Shown one piece after another: positions 36,184 to 46,670 of a stretch of DNA of 51,901 bases. Under the pieces are notes generated by a model that saw nothing but the letters and a program-made list of their open reading frames with translations, was not told where the DNA came from and did no database searches. Location: contig CACXGX010000026.1 of NCBI GenBank assembly GCA_902767365.1, forward strand, positions 1-51,901. Direction: 5' to 3'. The stretch is from an uncultured Erysipelotrichaceae bacterium (GTDB taxonomy: Bacteria > Bacillota_I > Bacilli_A > RF39 > UBA660). The position numbers and the translations under genes are program-made. Position 1 is the first letter of the stretch; every line of letters starts with the position of its first letter.

Positions 36184-37377
36184 GTGAACAAAAAAGTTAT
36201 TTATTTTTTATTGTTATTATTTTTAATATCATTAATAATTGTATTATTTGATAAAGATGATAGAAGTAAAAATGTAAGTGATGAAGAAACTAGAGCAGTT
36301 TATTTTTCTTATATTGAATTTAGTAATTATATAACTGATAAAAGTGATAGTGAACAAAAAAAGAATATAATTACTATTTTAAATAATATTAAATCTTTAA
36401 ATTTTAATAGAATAATTGTACATGTTAGACCTTTTTCTGATTCTATTTATGTATCAAATTATTATCCAATTAGTCAATATGTTCTTAATGATAAAGGAAA
36501 ATATCCTAGTTATGATATATTAAAATTTTTTATTGATGAAGCTCATAAAAGAAATATAAAATTTGATGCTTGGATTAATCCGTATCGTATAAGTAATTTA
36601 AAAAATCCTTCCAGTCTTTCTTTTAATAGTATTTATTTTAAATATAAAGATACTGATATGCTAGGTGTTACAGAAAGTGGTATTTATTTTAATCCAGCAA
36701 GTAGCAATGCTCAACAATTAATAATCAATGGAATTATTGAAATTGTAAAAAATTATAATATTGATGGTATTCATTTTGATGATTATTTTTATCCAGATAA
36801 AGAAATAGATCTTAAAAACTATGATGCTTATCTTGTGAATGGTGGAACTCTTAGTTTAAATGATTATAGATTGAAAAATGTTAAAGATTTAATAAAAAAT
36901 GTTTATTCAAGTATAAAAACAATTAATTCCAATGTAGAATTTGGTATTGCACCTCAAGGTAATATTGATAATTGTTATGAAGAAAGTTTTTTAGATGTTA
37001 AAGAAATTCTTTCACAAGATGGATATATTGATTATATTATGCCTCAAATATATTTTGGCTTTTTAAATCAGTATAGACCATTTAAAAAGACGTTAAATGA
37101 GTGGAGTAATTTAATTAAAACTTCAAATATTAAACTTATTCCTGCTCTTGCTTTTTATAAAGTTGGTAATTATGATAAATATGCTTTAAATGGTAGTAAT
37201 GAATGGATGATGTATGATAATGTTATATCTAAAGAAATTGACTATTCAAGAAAAAATAATAAATATAAAGGATTTTCTTTATTTAGTTATAACTATATGT
37301 TTAATGATAAATATAAAAACGATAAGACTAAAATTGAACTGAATAATATTATTAATATTTGTAAAAATATAGATTGA
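36184..37377 (+). CDS. glycoside hydrolase-like family 10 (YngK/DUF187-type) protein, membrane anchored
   Basis: N-terminal TM helix. RAVYFSY, the WINPYR motif, and IDGIHFDDYFYP are typical of the GHL10 family. GTG start. Confidence 0.75.
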   Translation: MNKKVIYFLLLLFLISLIIVLFDKDDRSKNVSDEETRAVYFSYIEFSNYITDKSDSEQKKNIITILNNIKSLNFNRIIVHVRPFSDSIYVSNYYPISQYVLNDKGKYPSYDILKFFIDEAHKRNIKFDAWINPYRISNLKNPSSLSFNSIYFKYKDTDMLGVTESGIYFNPASSNAQQLIINGIIEIVKNYNIDGIHFDDYFYPDKEIDLKNYDAYLVNGGTLSLNDYRLKNVKDLIKNVYSSIKTINSNVEFGIAPQGNIDNCYEESFLDVKEILSQDGYIDYIMPQIYFGFLNQYRPFKKTLNEWSNLIKTSNIKLIPALAFYKVGNYDKYALNGSNEWMMYDNVISKEIDYSRKNNKYKGFSLFSYNYMFNDKYKNDKTKIELNNIINICKNID

Positions 37378-37401
37378 AACTATTAATAGTTTCTTTTTTT
37401 T
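37376..37401 (+). terminator. rho-independent terminator
   Basis: gaaactat/atagtttc stem followed by a T8 run. Confidence 0.8.
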
Positions 37402-37424
37402 GGTAAAATAGTATTGGTGATACA

Positions 37425-39818
37425 ATGAATTTTTTAAATAATATAGAAGAAAAAACAATTATAGTTTGTCCTTATAATGTTAAAAATAAGTTACTTGATT
37501 ATATATGTAGTTTAAATAGATTAATAAATGTTAGATTTTATTCTTTAGATGAAATAAAACATCTTGTTTATTTTGATTATAATGAAGATACTATTTTATA
37601 CTTGATGGATAAGTATCATTATAGTTGTGAAGTTGCAAAAAACTATATAGAAAATATGTATTTTGTTGAAAACAATTCTTATTCTTCTTTAAAATTATCT
37701 TTTTTAGTTAATTTAAAAAATGAATTGGACTCAAATAATTTACTAATTTATAATTCGTTTTTTTTAGAATGTAATAAAAATATACCTGTTTTAATTTTTG
37801 GATATGATTATCTTGATAATTTTAGTAAAAAAATGTTATCTAATTTTAATTATAGTATTATTAATAAAGATATTTATGATAGCGTTAAAAAGATATACAA
37901 ATTTAACACTTTAGAAGAAGAAGTATTATTTGTAGCTAATAAAATTGTTGATTTAATTAGAAATGGTGTTGATATAAATAAAATAAATCTTATTAATTTG
38001 GATTCTGATTATAATAATGTTATTTTAAAAGTATTTAAAATGTTTAATATTCCTGTTGATATTTCTATTTCATCAAATATTTTATCTACTGTTATTGGTA
38101 AAAATGCTTATAATTATTTAGTTAATTCAAAGTCATTTGAGGATACATTAAAATTTATTGAATCATATGGACTTAATAATCCAAGGAATGCTTCTATATA
38201 TAAAACTTTTTTAGGTGTTTTTAATAAATATATTGATAGTAATTATTCAATGAATTCTATTATTGAATTAATTAAAAATGAATTATTGAATAAAAATATT
38301 GATAATAATAATTTAAATAATAAAGTTAGAGTTGGTTCATTAAATAATTCTATATATTTAGAAGATGAATATGTCTTTTTTGTTGGTTTTAATCAAGGTG
38401 TAGTACCTAGAATTACAAAAGATGAGGAATATATTACTGATGATTTAAAAATGATACTTGGACTAGATTCTTCAAATGATATTAATAAATTAGAAAGCGA
38501 TGCTTGTATTAATAATATTAATTGTATAAAAAATATTTATATTAGTTTTAAATTAAATCATTTAGATAAAGAGTTTTATCCATCAAATTTAATAAATGAT
38601 AATATGTTAGTTGAAGAAGTAAATGAAATTAATACCGATGCTTCATTATCTTTTTCTAAAATTAAATTATCATATATGCTTGATGATTTAATAAAATATG
38701 ATATAAAAAGTGATTTACTATCTAAATATTATAATTCTTTTGATATAAGGTTTATGGATTATGATAATAAATATAAAACTATAGATAAAAAAGGATTATA
38801 TAATTATTTAAATAATAAATTGGTTTTATCATATTCTACTATAGACACTTTTTATAAATGTCAATTTAGATATTATGTTGAAAATATTTTAAAACTTAAT
38901 AAATATGATGATACTTTTGATACTTTAGTAGGCTCTTTATTTCATTTTGTCTTATCAAAAGTATATAATGAGAATTTTGATTTAGATTGTGAATATGATT
39001 TTTATCTTAAAGATAAAGAATTAACTAATAAAGAAAAATTTTATTTAAACAAGTTAAAGAAAGAACTTAAAATAGTTTGTGACTATTTAAAAATATTTCA
39101 AAATGATACTGGATTAGTCAAAATTTTTACTGAAAAAAATATTAAAATTATGAAATCAAAAGATTTAGAAGTGGAATTTAAGGGAATAGTAGATAAAATA
39201 ATGTATAAAGAGTATGATGGAAAAACGCTTGTATCGATTATTGATTATAAAACTGGTAATGCAGATATAGACATATATAATTCTGTATATGGTATTGGTA
39301 TGCAACTTATTATTTATTTATATTTAATTACGAAAAGTAATTTGTTTACTAATTATTCTTGTGTTGGTTTTTATCTTCAAAAAATACTAAATAATGAAAT
39401 TAATATTGAAAAGGATAAAACATATTTGGATATAAAATATGATAACTTAAAATTATATGGATACTCTTGTGATAATGAAATTAATCTATCTAGATTTGAT
39501 CCAACATATGAAAATAGTAAATATATTAAAAGTATGAAAATAACTAAAAATGGTTTTGGTAGTTATTCAAAAGTGCTAAGTGAAAATGAAATGTCCTCTT
39601 TAGTATCTTTTGTTGATAAAAAAATAGACAAGGCAAGAGATTTAATTCTTAATGCAGATTTCTCAATTAATCCTAAATGGATAAGTGATGATAAAGAAAT
39701 AACTGGATGTAAATTTTGTAAATATAAAGATATTTGTAATATGAAAAATGATGACATTATTAACCTAAAGAAGTATAAGGATTTGAGTTTTTTGAAAGAG
39801 AGTGATAATAATGCCTAA
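37425..39818 (+). CDS. addB: helicase-exonuclease AddAB subunit AddB/RexB (compact form)
   Basis: A C-terminal RecB-type nuclease (GIVDKIMY...IIDYKTG) and an Fe-S Cys set (YKCQFRYY ... GCKFCKYKDIC). No Walker A is visible at the N-terminus. It lies directly upstream of addA and overlaps it. Confidence 0.8.
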   Translation: MNFLNNIEEKTIIVCPYNVKNKLLDYICSLNRLINVRFYSLDEIKHLVYFDYNEDTILYLMDKYHYSCEVAKNYIENMYFVENNSYSSLKLSFLVNLKNELDSNNLLIYNSFFLECNKNIPVLIFGYDYLDNFSKKMLSNFNYSIINKDIYDSVKKIYKFNTLEEEVLFVANKIVDLIRNGVDINKINLINLDSDYNNVILKVFKMFNIPVDISISSNILSTVIGKNAYNYLVNSKSFEDTLKFIESYGLNNPRNASIYKTFLGVFNKYIDSNYSMNSIIELIKNELLNKNIDNNNLNNKVRVGSLNNSIYLEDEYVFFVGFNQGVVPRITKDEEYITDDLKMILGLDSSNDINKLESDACINNINCIKNIYISFKLNHLDKEFYPSNLINDNMLVEEVNEINTDASLSFSKIKLSYMLDDLIKYDIKSDLLSKYYNSFDIRFMDYDNKYKTIDKKGLYNYLNNKLVLSYSTIDTFYKCQFRYYVENILKLNKYDDTFDTLVGSLFHFVLSKVYNENFDLDCEYDFYLKDKELTNKEKFYLNKLKKELKIVCDYLKIFQNDTGLVKIFTEKNIKIMKSKDLEVEFKGIVDKIMYKEYDGKTLVSIIDYKTGNADIDIYNSVYGIGMQLIIYLYLITKSNLFTNYSCVGFYLQKILNNEINIEKDKTYLDIKYDNLKLYGYSCDNEINLSRFDPTYENSKYIKSMKITKNGFGSYSKVLSENEMSSLVSFVDKKIDKARDLILNADFSINPKWISDDKEITGCKFCKYKDICNMKNDDIINLKKYKDLSFLKESDNNA

Positions 39819-42800
39819 TTGGACTAAAGAACAAGAACTTGCAATTAATAAAGAAGGATCTAATATTATAGTATCAGCTGGGGCAGGAAGTGGGAAAACA
39901 GCTGTTTTAACTGCAAGAGTATTAAGAAAGTTAAATTCTCATATTAACATTAATAATTTACTTATTTTGACTTTTACTAATAAGGCAGCATTTGAGATGA
40001 AAGATAGAATTAGAAAAGAAATAAGTAAGAATAAAAATTTAATTAAGCAATTAGATTATATTGATAGTAGTTATATTACTACTTTTGATTCTTTTGCACT
40101 ATCTATAGTTAAAAGATATAGCTATTTATTAAATAAATCTAAAGATATTAAAATTATTGATAGTGCAATAATATATTTAGAAAAGAAAAAAATAATAGAT
40201 AATATATTTGATAGACTATATCAAGAAAAAAATAATAAATTCTTTAAATTATTAAATGATTTTACCATAAAAAATGATGATGATATTAAAAAATATATAT
40301 TAGATGTTAATGATAAATTAGATTTAAAATATGATAAAAGGGATTATTTAAATAATTATATTGATAATTATTATTCTGATTCTTCTTTTAAATTGTTGTT
40401 TGATTCATATGAAGATTTATTAAGATGTAAAATAAATGAAATAGATAAATTTTTAAATTTATTAGATACTTATGTTGAAAGTGATTATTTGGAACAGTTA
40501 TATTCTTCTTTTTCTAATTTATTAAATAGTAAAACTTATTTTGAAATAAAAAATAATATTGATTTTAAAGTACCAATGTTACCTAGAAATAGTGATGAAT
40601 ATGCTAAAGATATTAAAGATAATATTATTAAAATGCTTGATTCAATTAAAGAATTAGTAAGATTTGATTCTATTGATGATTTAAAAGAAACCTTCTTTTC
40701 TACTAAAGATTATGTAGAAATAATTATAGATATTATTTTAGAACTAGATTTTGAAATAAATAAGGTTAAAGATAGTATTAATGCTTATGAATTTATTGAT
40801 ATATCTAAATTAGCTATTAAAATTGTTGAGGAAAATGAAAACATTAAAGAAGAAATTAAAAATAATTTTAATGAAATAATGATAGATGAATATCAAGATA
40901 CATCTGATTTACAAGAAAAATTTATTTCTATAATAGAGAATAATAACGTATATATGGTTGGAGATATAAAGCAGTCTATTTATAGATTTAGAAATGCAAA
41001 TCCATATTTATTTAAAAATAAATATGATAATTATAGTAATAATTATGGTGGCTTTAAAATAGATTTAACTAAGAATTTTAGGTCTAGAAATGAAGTAATT
41101 AATAATATTAATTTATTATTTTCTAATACTATGACTGATTCATATGGTGGAGCAGATTATGCTAAGTCTCATAGAATGATCTATGGAAACGATATTTATT
41201 TAAAAGAAGGAAAGACTAATCAATTATATGATTTTGAAATATTTAACTATGAATATGATAAAGATTGTTTATATTCAAAAGAAGAAATAGAAATATTTAC
41301 AATAGCTAAAGATATTAAGGATAAAGTAAATAATAAGTATCAAATATTTGATAAAGATTTAAAAAAACTTAGAAATTCTAATTATGGAGACTTTGCTATT
41401 TTATTAGATAAAACAACTAATTTTGATCTAATTAAAAAAATATTTCAATATTTTAATATTCCTGTTACAAAATATACTTCTACAAATATAACGACTGAAA
41501 TTGAATTGGTTCTTATTAAAAATATTTTGAAACTAATAATAAATAGAAAAAATAATTGTTATGATGTCGATTTTAAATATGCTTTTGTTTCTATTGCTAG
41601 AAGTTATTTATTTGAATATTCTGATCAAAGTATTTTTGATTTTATTGCTAATAATAATTATTCTTGTTCTTTAATGGATAATATAGATTTAATTGTTAAT
41701 AATATCGATAACTTATCTGTTAAAGAAATAATATATGAAATAATTAATACATTTAATTTTTATGAAAAAGTTATATTTGTTGGGGATGTTAAAAATAGAA
41801 TAAATAGATTAACTTCTATTATTGATATTTTTGATAATTTAGCTAGTTTATCATACTCTATATATGATGTTTATAATTATTTAGAAAGATTAATAGATGA
41901 TGAATATAAAATTGAAGTTAAAGAACTAGATGCTATTCAAAATAGTGTTAAATTAATTACTATTCATGGGTCTAAAGGATTAGAATTTCCTATATGTTAT
42001 TTTGCAATATTACATTCTAAATTTAATATAAGAGATTTAAATGAAAAGATTATGTTTGATAATAAATATGGTATTATTACTCCATATTATAAAGAGGGAA
42101 TAGGTAAAACTTTTGTAAAAGAATTAGTTAAAGATATGTATTTAAAAGAAGAAGTTAGTGAAAAGATAAGACTATTTTATGTTGCTTTAACTAGAGCAAA
42201 AGAAAAATTTATAATTGTTACTAGTTTAAAAGAAAAAAGTATTAATTCAATTGAAAATGTTCGTTCTTTTCTAGATTTATTGACGTATAATTCTTCAATA
42301 ATAAAACCATATATTAAAACTATTTCTTTAAATAGTATTGGGCTTTCAAAAGATTATAATTATGTTAAAAAATCAAATTATAAAGATATAATTGAAAAAT
42401 CTAAAGATAAAATAAATATTAATGAAATAAGTGTTGATAATTTTGAAATGAATAATGAAAAAATATCTAAAGATATATATAATTTACTTGATAAAAAGTC
42501 TAAAGAAAATATGAAATTTGGGACATATTTGCATGAAGTATTAGAACTAATTGATTTTAAAAATCCTAATTTTAATAATATAAATATTGATAAATATTAT
42601 CAGTCTAAAATTTTAGATTTTATAAGTAAGATAGATATATCTAATGTAATAAATATTTATAAAGAATATGAATTTGTATATCAAGATAATAATAATAAAT
42701 ATCATGGTATCATTGATTTAATATTAGAATATAAAGATTACATAATGATTGTTGATTATAAGTTAAAGAATATTAATGATTCTAATTATATTAAACAGTT

Positions 42801-42897
42801 ATCTGAATATAAGAAATATATGTCTTTTAAAACAAATAAAAAAATAGATGTTTATCTATTTTCAATACTTTCAGGTTCTTTTGAGAAAATATTTTAA
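39811..42897 (+). CDS. addA: helicase-exonuclease AddAB subunit AddA (UvrD-like helicase plus RecB nuclease)
   Basis: WTKEQELAI, AGAGSGKTAVL, IDEYQDTS, IHGSKGLEF, YVALTRAKE, and a C-terminal GIIDLILEY..IVDYKLK. The ATG at 39811 overlaps addB by 8 nt. Confidence 0.9.
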   Translation: MPNWTKEQELAINKEGSNIIVSAGAGSGKTAVLTARVLRKLNSHININNLLILTFTNKAAFEMKDRIRKEISKNKNLIKQLDYIDSSYITTFDSFALSIVKRYSYLLNKSKDIKIIDSAIIYLEKKKIIDNIFDRLYQEKNNKFFKLLNDFTIKNDDDIKKYILDVNDKLDLKYDKRDYLNNYIDNYYSDSSFKLLFDSYEDLLRCKINEIDKFLNLLDTYVESDYLEQLYSSFSNLLNSKTYFEIKNNIDFKVPMLPRNSDEYAKDIKDNIIKMLDSIKELVRFDSIDDLKETFFSTKDYVEIIIDIILELDFEINKVKDSINAYEFIDISKLAIKIVEENENIKEEIKNNFNEIMIDEYQDTSDLQEKFISIIENNNVYMVGDIKQSIYRFRNANPYLFKNKYDNYSNNYGGFKIDLTKNFRSRNEVINNINLLFSNTMTDSYGGADYAKSHRMIYGNDIYLKEGKTNQLYDFEIFNYEYDKDCLYSKEEIEIFTIAKDIKDKVNNKYQIFDKDLKKLRNSNYGDFAILLDKTTNFDLIKKIFQYFNIPVTKYTSTNITTEIELVLIKNILKLIINRKNNCYDVDFKYAFVSIARSYLFEYSDQSIFDFIANNNYSCSLMDNIDLIVNNIDNLSVKEIIYEIINTFNFYEKVIFVGDVKNRINRLTSIIDIFDNLASLSYSIYDVYNYLERLIDDEYKIEVKELDAIQNSVKLITIHGSKGLEFPICYFAILHSKFNIRDLNEKIMFDNKYGIITPYYKEGIGKTFVKELVKDMYLKEEVSEKIRLFYVALTRAKEKFIIVTSLKEKSINSIENVRSFLDLLTYNSSIIKPYIKTISLNSIGLSKDYNYVKKSNYKDIIEKSKDKININEISVDNFEMNNEKISKDIYNLLDKKSKENMKFGTYLHEVLELIDFKNPNFNNINIDKYYQSKILDFISKIDISNVINIYKEYEFVYQDNNNKYHGIIDLILEYKDYIMIVDYKLKNINDSNYIKQLSEYKKYMSFKTNKKIDVYLFSILSGSFEKIF

Positions 42898-43166
42898 AGA
42901 AAGTAAGTTGGGCTATTTTGAGGCTCAACTTTTTTATTTGTTGGTTTAATTATTTGCTCATCTTTATTGTCATCTTTTATTGCATTTGCAACTTTAAATA
43001 TTGTTTTAGCATTTTCAAATAGTGGTTTAACTTGATAAATCAATGGAATAACTTGATTTATTACTCCTAATGTTTTTTGGGTATTATCAAGAAATGAAGA
43101 AAAATTAATTTTTTTAAATTTTGGAATTTTATAGTTGTTATATGGATAATAATTGTTGTAAAACAT
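42894..43166 (-). CDS. hypothetical small protein (possibly YqfQ-like)
   Basis: 90 aa with a Tyr/Asn-rich N-terminus and a segment TQKTLGVINQVIPLIYQVKPLFENAKTIFKVANAI that recalls YqfQ/VrrA-type proteins. The resemblance is weak. Confidence 0.45.
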   Translation of the reverse strand: MFYNNYYPYNNYKIPKFKKINFSSFLDNTQKTLGVINQVIPLIYQVKPLFENAKTIFKVANAIKDDNKDEQIIKPTNKKVEPQNSPTYFL

Positions 43167-43260
43167 TGTATACCTCTTTTCATATTATTATATGTTTTAT
43201 TAAAAAAAAGATGAAATTGTGTTATACTATCATATATGATAGGTTAGGAGAGTGTGAACT

Positions 43261-44889
43261 ATGGGATTAAAAATAAATGGTATTCCAATTGTTTCTCCAA
43301 AGAGAATAAAAAAGGAAGTTACAGAAGTAGTTGAGGCTGTTAAAGATGCAAGCCAAGCCGCTAATGCTGCACAAACTTCAACTGATGCTGCAGCTACTGC
43401 AAATAATGTTGTAACACCTGCTGCTTCAAAAAATAAAGGTAGCTTTATAGATAATACTTTAGGTAAATTTTTTGAAGTTGTTCCTAGGTTTTTCTCAAAA
43501 GCTTTTCATGGATTTTCTTTTTTAGTAGGTATAGCAAAACATGACAATTCTGCATTCCAAGTTCAAAAGACTTCTGGAGAAGAATTAAAAAAAGAACTTG
43601 ATAAAGTACAAAATGAAAGCCAAGAGTATATTCAACAGGCCGATAAGGATGATAAATTAAGACTTGAAAGAGATAAAAATAAAAAGTTAACTTCTTATAG
43701 ATACAAAGTAAAAGATTCTCGTGGAAAAGTTATCAGTAATACTTTTGAGGCGGCTTCTGTAAGCGATGTTAGAGTTTTTTTACAAAATGAAGGATATGAA
43801 GTAGTTGAAATAAAAGAAAGAAGTAAATATGATATTGATATAAACTTTAATACTAAAATTAAAGGTGGAGATTTAGCGTTTATGCTAACTCAGTTATCAA
43901 CATACATAAAAGCTGGGGTTCCACTTATCAACTCTGTTCGTATTTTAGCAAAACAAACAACAAATCCTGGACATAAAAAAATACTTAATAAAGTAGTTTA
44001 TGAATTGGTTGTTGGTGAAAAATTTTCTGTTGCTCTTGATAAGCAAGGAAAAACATTTCCAAGTTTGTTAATAAACATGGTTAAAACTTCAGAAATGACA
44101 GGAGATCTTGCCAGCACACTTGATGAAATGGCTGCTTATTATACTGAAATTGAAAAATCTAGAAAAGCTATGAAATCTGCATTAATTTACCCGGCTGTTA
44201 TTTTGACTGCTACTGTAGCAGCTCTTGGATTTATAATTATTTATGTTGTTCCACAGTTTGTTGGAATGTTCTCATCAAATGGTGCAGAGTTACCTGGAAT
44301 TACGAAGTTTATTATTGCAGCAAGTGATTTCTTGGGGGCACATTGGTGGAAATTGATTTTAGGTTTAATAGTATTAATAATGATATATAAATGGTTAATG
44401 AAAAATGTTCAATCGTTTAGAAAAACAATGCAGACGTTTTATATGCATCTTCCAGTTTTTGGAAATATGATTATTTATAATGAAGTATCTACAATTACAA
44501 GAACTTTTGCTTCATTATTAAACCATAATGTTTTTATCACTGATAGTATGGAAATACTTTCTAAATTATCTGAAAATGAAGTTTATAAAGAAATAATTAA
44601 TAGAACACTTATTAACTTAAGTAAAGGTGGAAAAATAAGTGATTCATTTAAAGGTGAGTGGGCTTTCCCTATTGTTGCATATGAAATGCTTGTTACAGGT
44701 GAGTCAACTGGACAACTTGCATTGATGATGGAAAAAGTTGCTGAACACTTCCAAGAATTACATACTAATACTGTTACAGCAATGAAAAGTTTGATTGAAC
44801 CAGCTGTTATCTTGATACTTGCTGGTGGAGTTGGATTTATAATCATGGCAATTATTATTCCAATGTTCGATTTGTATGGACAAATTTAA
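43261..44889 (+). CDS. pilC: type II secretion/type IV pilus platform protein (GspF/PilC family) with a ~145-aa N-terminal extension
   Basis: YRYKVKDSRGKVISNTFEAASVSDVRVFLQNEGYEVVEIKE, then two GspF-type repeats (FMLTQLSTYIKAGVPL... and TRTFASLLNHNVFI...GESTGQL). SD AGGAGA upstream. Confidence 0.85.
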   Translation: MGLKINGIPIVSPKRIKKEVTEVVEAVKDASQAANAAQTSTDAAATANNVVTPAASKNKGSFIDNTLGKFFEVVPRFFSKAFHGFSFLVGIAKHDNSAFQVQKTSGEELKKELDKVQNESQEYIQQADKDDKLRLERDKNKKLTSYRYKVKDSRGKVISNTFEAASVSDVRVFLQNEGYEVVEIKERSKYDIDINFNTKIKGGDLAFMLTQLSTYIKAGVPLINSVRILAKQTTNPGHKKILNKVVYELVVGEKFSVALDKQGKTFPSLLINMVKTSEMTGDLASTLDEMAAYYTEIEKSRKAMKSALIYPAVILTATVAALGFIIIYVVPQFVGMFSSNGAELPGITKFIIAASDFLGAHWWKLILGLIVLIMIYKWLMKNVQSFRKTMQTFYMHLPVFGNMIIYNEVSTITRTFASLLNHNVFITDSMEILSKLSENEVYKEIINRTLINLSKGGKISDSFKGEWAFPIVAYEMLVTGESTGQLALMMEKVAEHFQELHTNTVTAMKSLIEPAVILILAGGVGFIIMAIIIPMFDLYGQI

Positions 44890-44903
44890 TTAGGGTGTTT
44901 TGT

Positions 44904-45713
44904 ATGGAGATTTATTATACGATTATTGTTTTTATGTATGGTTTGTTGTTGGGATCCTTTTATAATGTCGTTGGATATAGGCTTCCCAACAACATTTCTA
45001 TTGTTAAGCCGGGTAGTTTTTGCCCAAAATGTAAACATGAATTAAAATGGTATGAGTTAGTACCTGTTTTTTCTTTTTTGATTCAAGGTGGAAAGTGTAG
45101 AAAGTGTAAATGTAAAATTTCCCTTTTTTATCCTTTTATTGAATTAACTACAGGTATTTTATTTGCTATATCTTATTTATTATTTGGTTTTTCTTTAAAT
45201 TTTTTTATAGCTATTTTAGCTTCATCATTTTTAGTAATAGTTATTGTAAGTGATTTTAATTATTTAATTATTTCTGATGAAGTTACTCTTACATTTTCAA
45301 TTTTATCTATATTGTTTCAATTAGTTTTATCTGGATGGGAACTTGCTCTTTCATCAGTTTTATATGGCTCTTTTTTATTTATTTTAATGTATGTAGTTAT
45401 GCTTATTGGAAGTAAGATCATGAATGAAGAAGCTCTTGGTGGAGGAGATGTTAAACTAATGTTTTTTGTTGGAACAGTGTTAAATGTTATTAATCCTATA
45501 AATGTATTGGATATATTAACATATGCTAGTTTTACAAATGGTTTCTTTGAATTGTTTTTATCAAGTTGTTTAGCGCTACCTTTTGCTTTTCTTAGTCGTA
45601 TCTTAAAAAAGGGGAGGGCAATTCCTTTTGGACCATTTATTTTATTATCATTGGTTATAATGTTCTTTATTTCCTTTGACTTCTTTGATTTTATAAAACT
45701 ATTTACTAATTAA
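44904..45713 (+). CDS. pilD: prepilin peptidase (A24 family)
   Basis: N-terminal Zn-ribbon CPKCKHEL...GKCRKCKCKI, a polytopic profile, and GGGDVKLM (catalytic Asp region). Confidence 0.9.
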   Translation: MEIYYTIIVFMYGLLLGSFYNVVGYRLPNNISIVKPGSFCPKCKHELKWYELVPVFSFLIQGGKCRKCKCKISLFYPFIELTTGILFAISYLLFGFSLNFFIAILASSFLVIVIVSDFNYLIISDEVTLTFSILSILFQLVLSGWELALSSVLYGSFLFILMYVVMLIGSKIMNEEALGGGDVKLMFFVGTVLNVINPINVLDILTYASFTNGFFELFLSSCLALPFAFLSRILKKGRAIPFGPFILLSLVIMFFISFDFFDFIKLFTN

Positions 45714-45740
45714 AGATAGATTATAATCTATCTTTTTGTT
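45712..45740 (+). terminator. terminator hairpin after pilD
   Basis: aaagatagat/atctatcttt long stem followed by a short T-run. Confidence 0.65.
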
Positions 45741-45760
45741 ATAATTTAATTGGTGATTTT

Positions 45761-46642
45761 ATGGAGAAAATGACTTTTGATGGAAAAGTATCTAATATTG
45801 ATTTGAAGGTTAAGTTTAATAAAGCTTTAGAAAACAAGTATTTTAAGAAAATCGTTAATAGTATTGATTTGCCTATGGAAACAATTATGAAATATACTAC
45901 TAGTTTGATGGATGCTAGTAAAGAATTTGAAAATTGTAGTAAGTGTAAGGGAATTGAAAATTGTCCTAATTTAATTGTGGGTAATCTTATGAAAGCAGAA
46001 AAATATGAAAATGGTATTGCTTTTTCATATGTAAAGTGTAGATTTTTAGCTAAAGATAATTATAAAGAAAATGTTACTAATTTTGATTTACCAAAAAATA
46101 TTAAGAATGCTTCTATGAAAGATGTATTTAAAGATGATAAACCTAGAATCGAATTAATTAAAAAAATGAAAGAATTCAAAGATTCATATTTAAATAAAGA
46201 AAATCCTAAGGGATTATATATATATGGTAATTTTGGCTCTGGTAAGTCATATTTAACTGCTGCTTTGTTTAATGATTTAGCAGAAAAAAATATAAAAAGT
46301 GTTATAGTACATGTTCCTGAATTATTAAGGTCAATTAAAGATTCTTTTGATAAAGATTATAGTGATATATTTGATGAAGTTATGACTTCTCCGTTACTTC
46401 TTTTAGATGATATAGGAGCAGAGTATCTAACTCCTTGGGCTAGAGATGAAGTTATCGAGCCAATTTTACAATATAGAATGGATCAAGATCTTCCAACTTT
46501 TTTTACATCTAATTATGATTTAAATGAATTAGAAAAACATTTTATTATTAATGATGATAAAATGAAAGCTAAAAGAATAATGGAAAGAATAAATCAAGTA
46601 TCTATTCCTGTAGAATTAGTTGGTAAGAATAGAAGAAAGTAA
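45761..46642 (+). CDS. dnaI: primosomal protein DnaI (helicase loader)
   Basis: N-terminal Cys-rich segment CSKCKGIENCPN...VKCRF, Walker A GNFGSGKSYL, and Walker B LLLLDDIGAE. Confidence 0.85.
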   Translation: MEKMTFDGKVSNIDLKVKFNKALENKYFKKIVNSIDLPMETIMKYTTSLMDASKEFENCSKCKGIENCPNLIVGNLMKAEKYENGIAFSYVKCRFLAKDNYKENVTNFDLPKNIKNASMKDVFKDDKPRIELIKKMKEFKDSYLNKENPKGLYIYGNFGSGKSYLTAALFNDLAEKNIKSVIVHVPELLRSIKDSFDKDYSDIFDEVMTSPLLLLDDIGAEYLTPWARDEVIEPILQYRMDQDLPTFFTSNYDLNELEKHFIINDDKMKAKRIMERINQVSIPVELVGKNRRK

Positions 46643-46647
46643 AAAAA

Positions 46648-46669
46648 GAAAAATCAAGTGATTTTTCTT
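46648..46669. terminator. bidirectional terminator between convergent genes
   Basis: agaaaaatca/tgatttttct stem flanked by an A-run and a T-run. Confidence 0.7.
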
Positions 46670-46670
46670 T

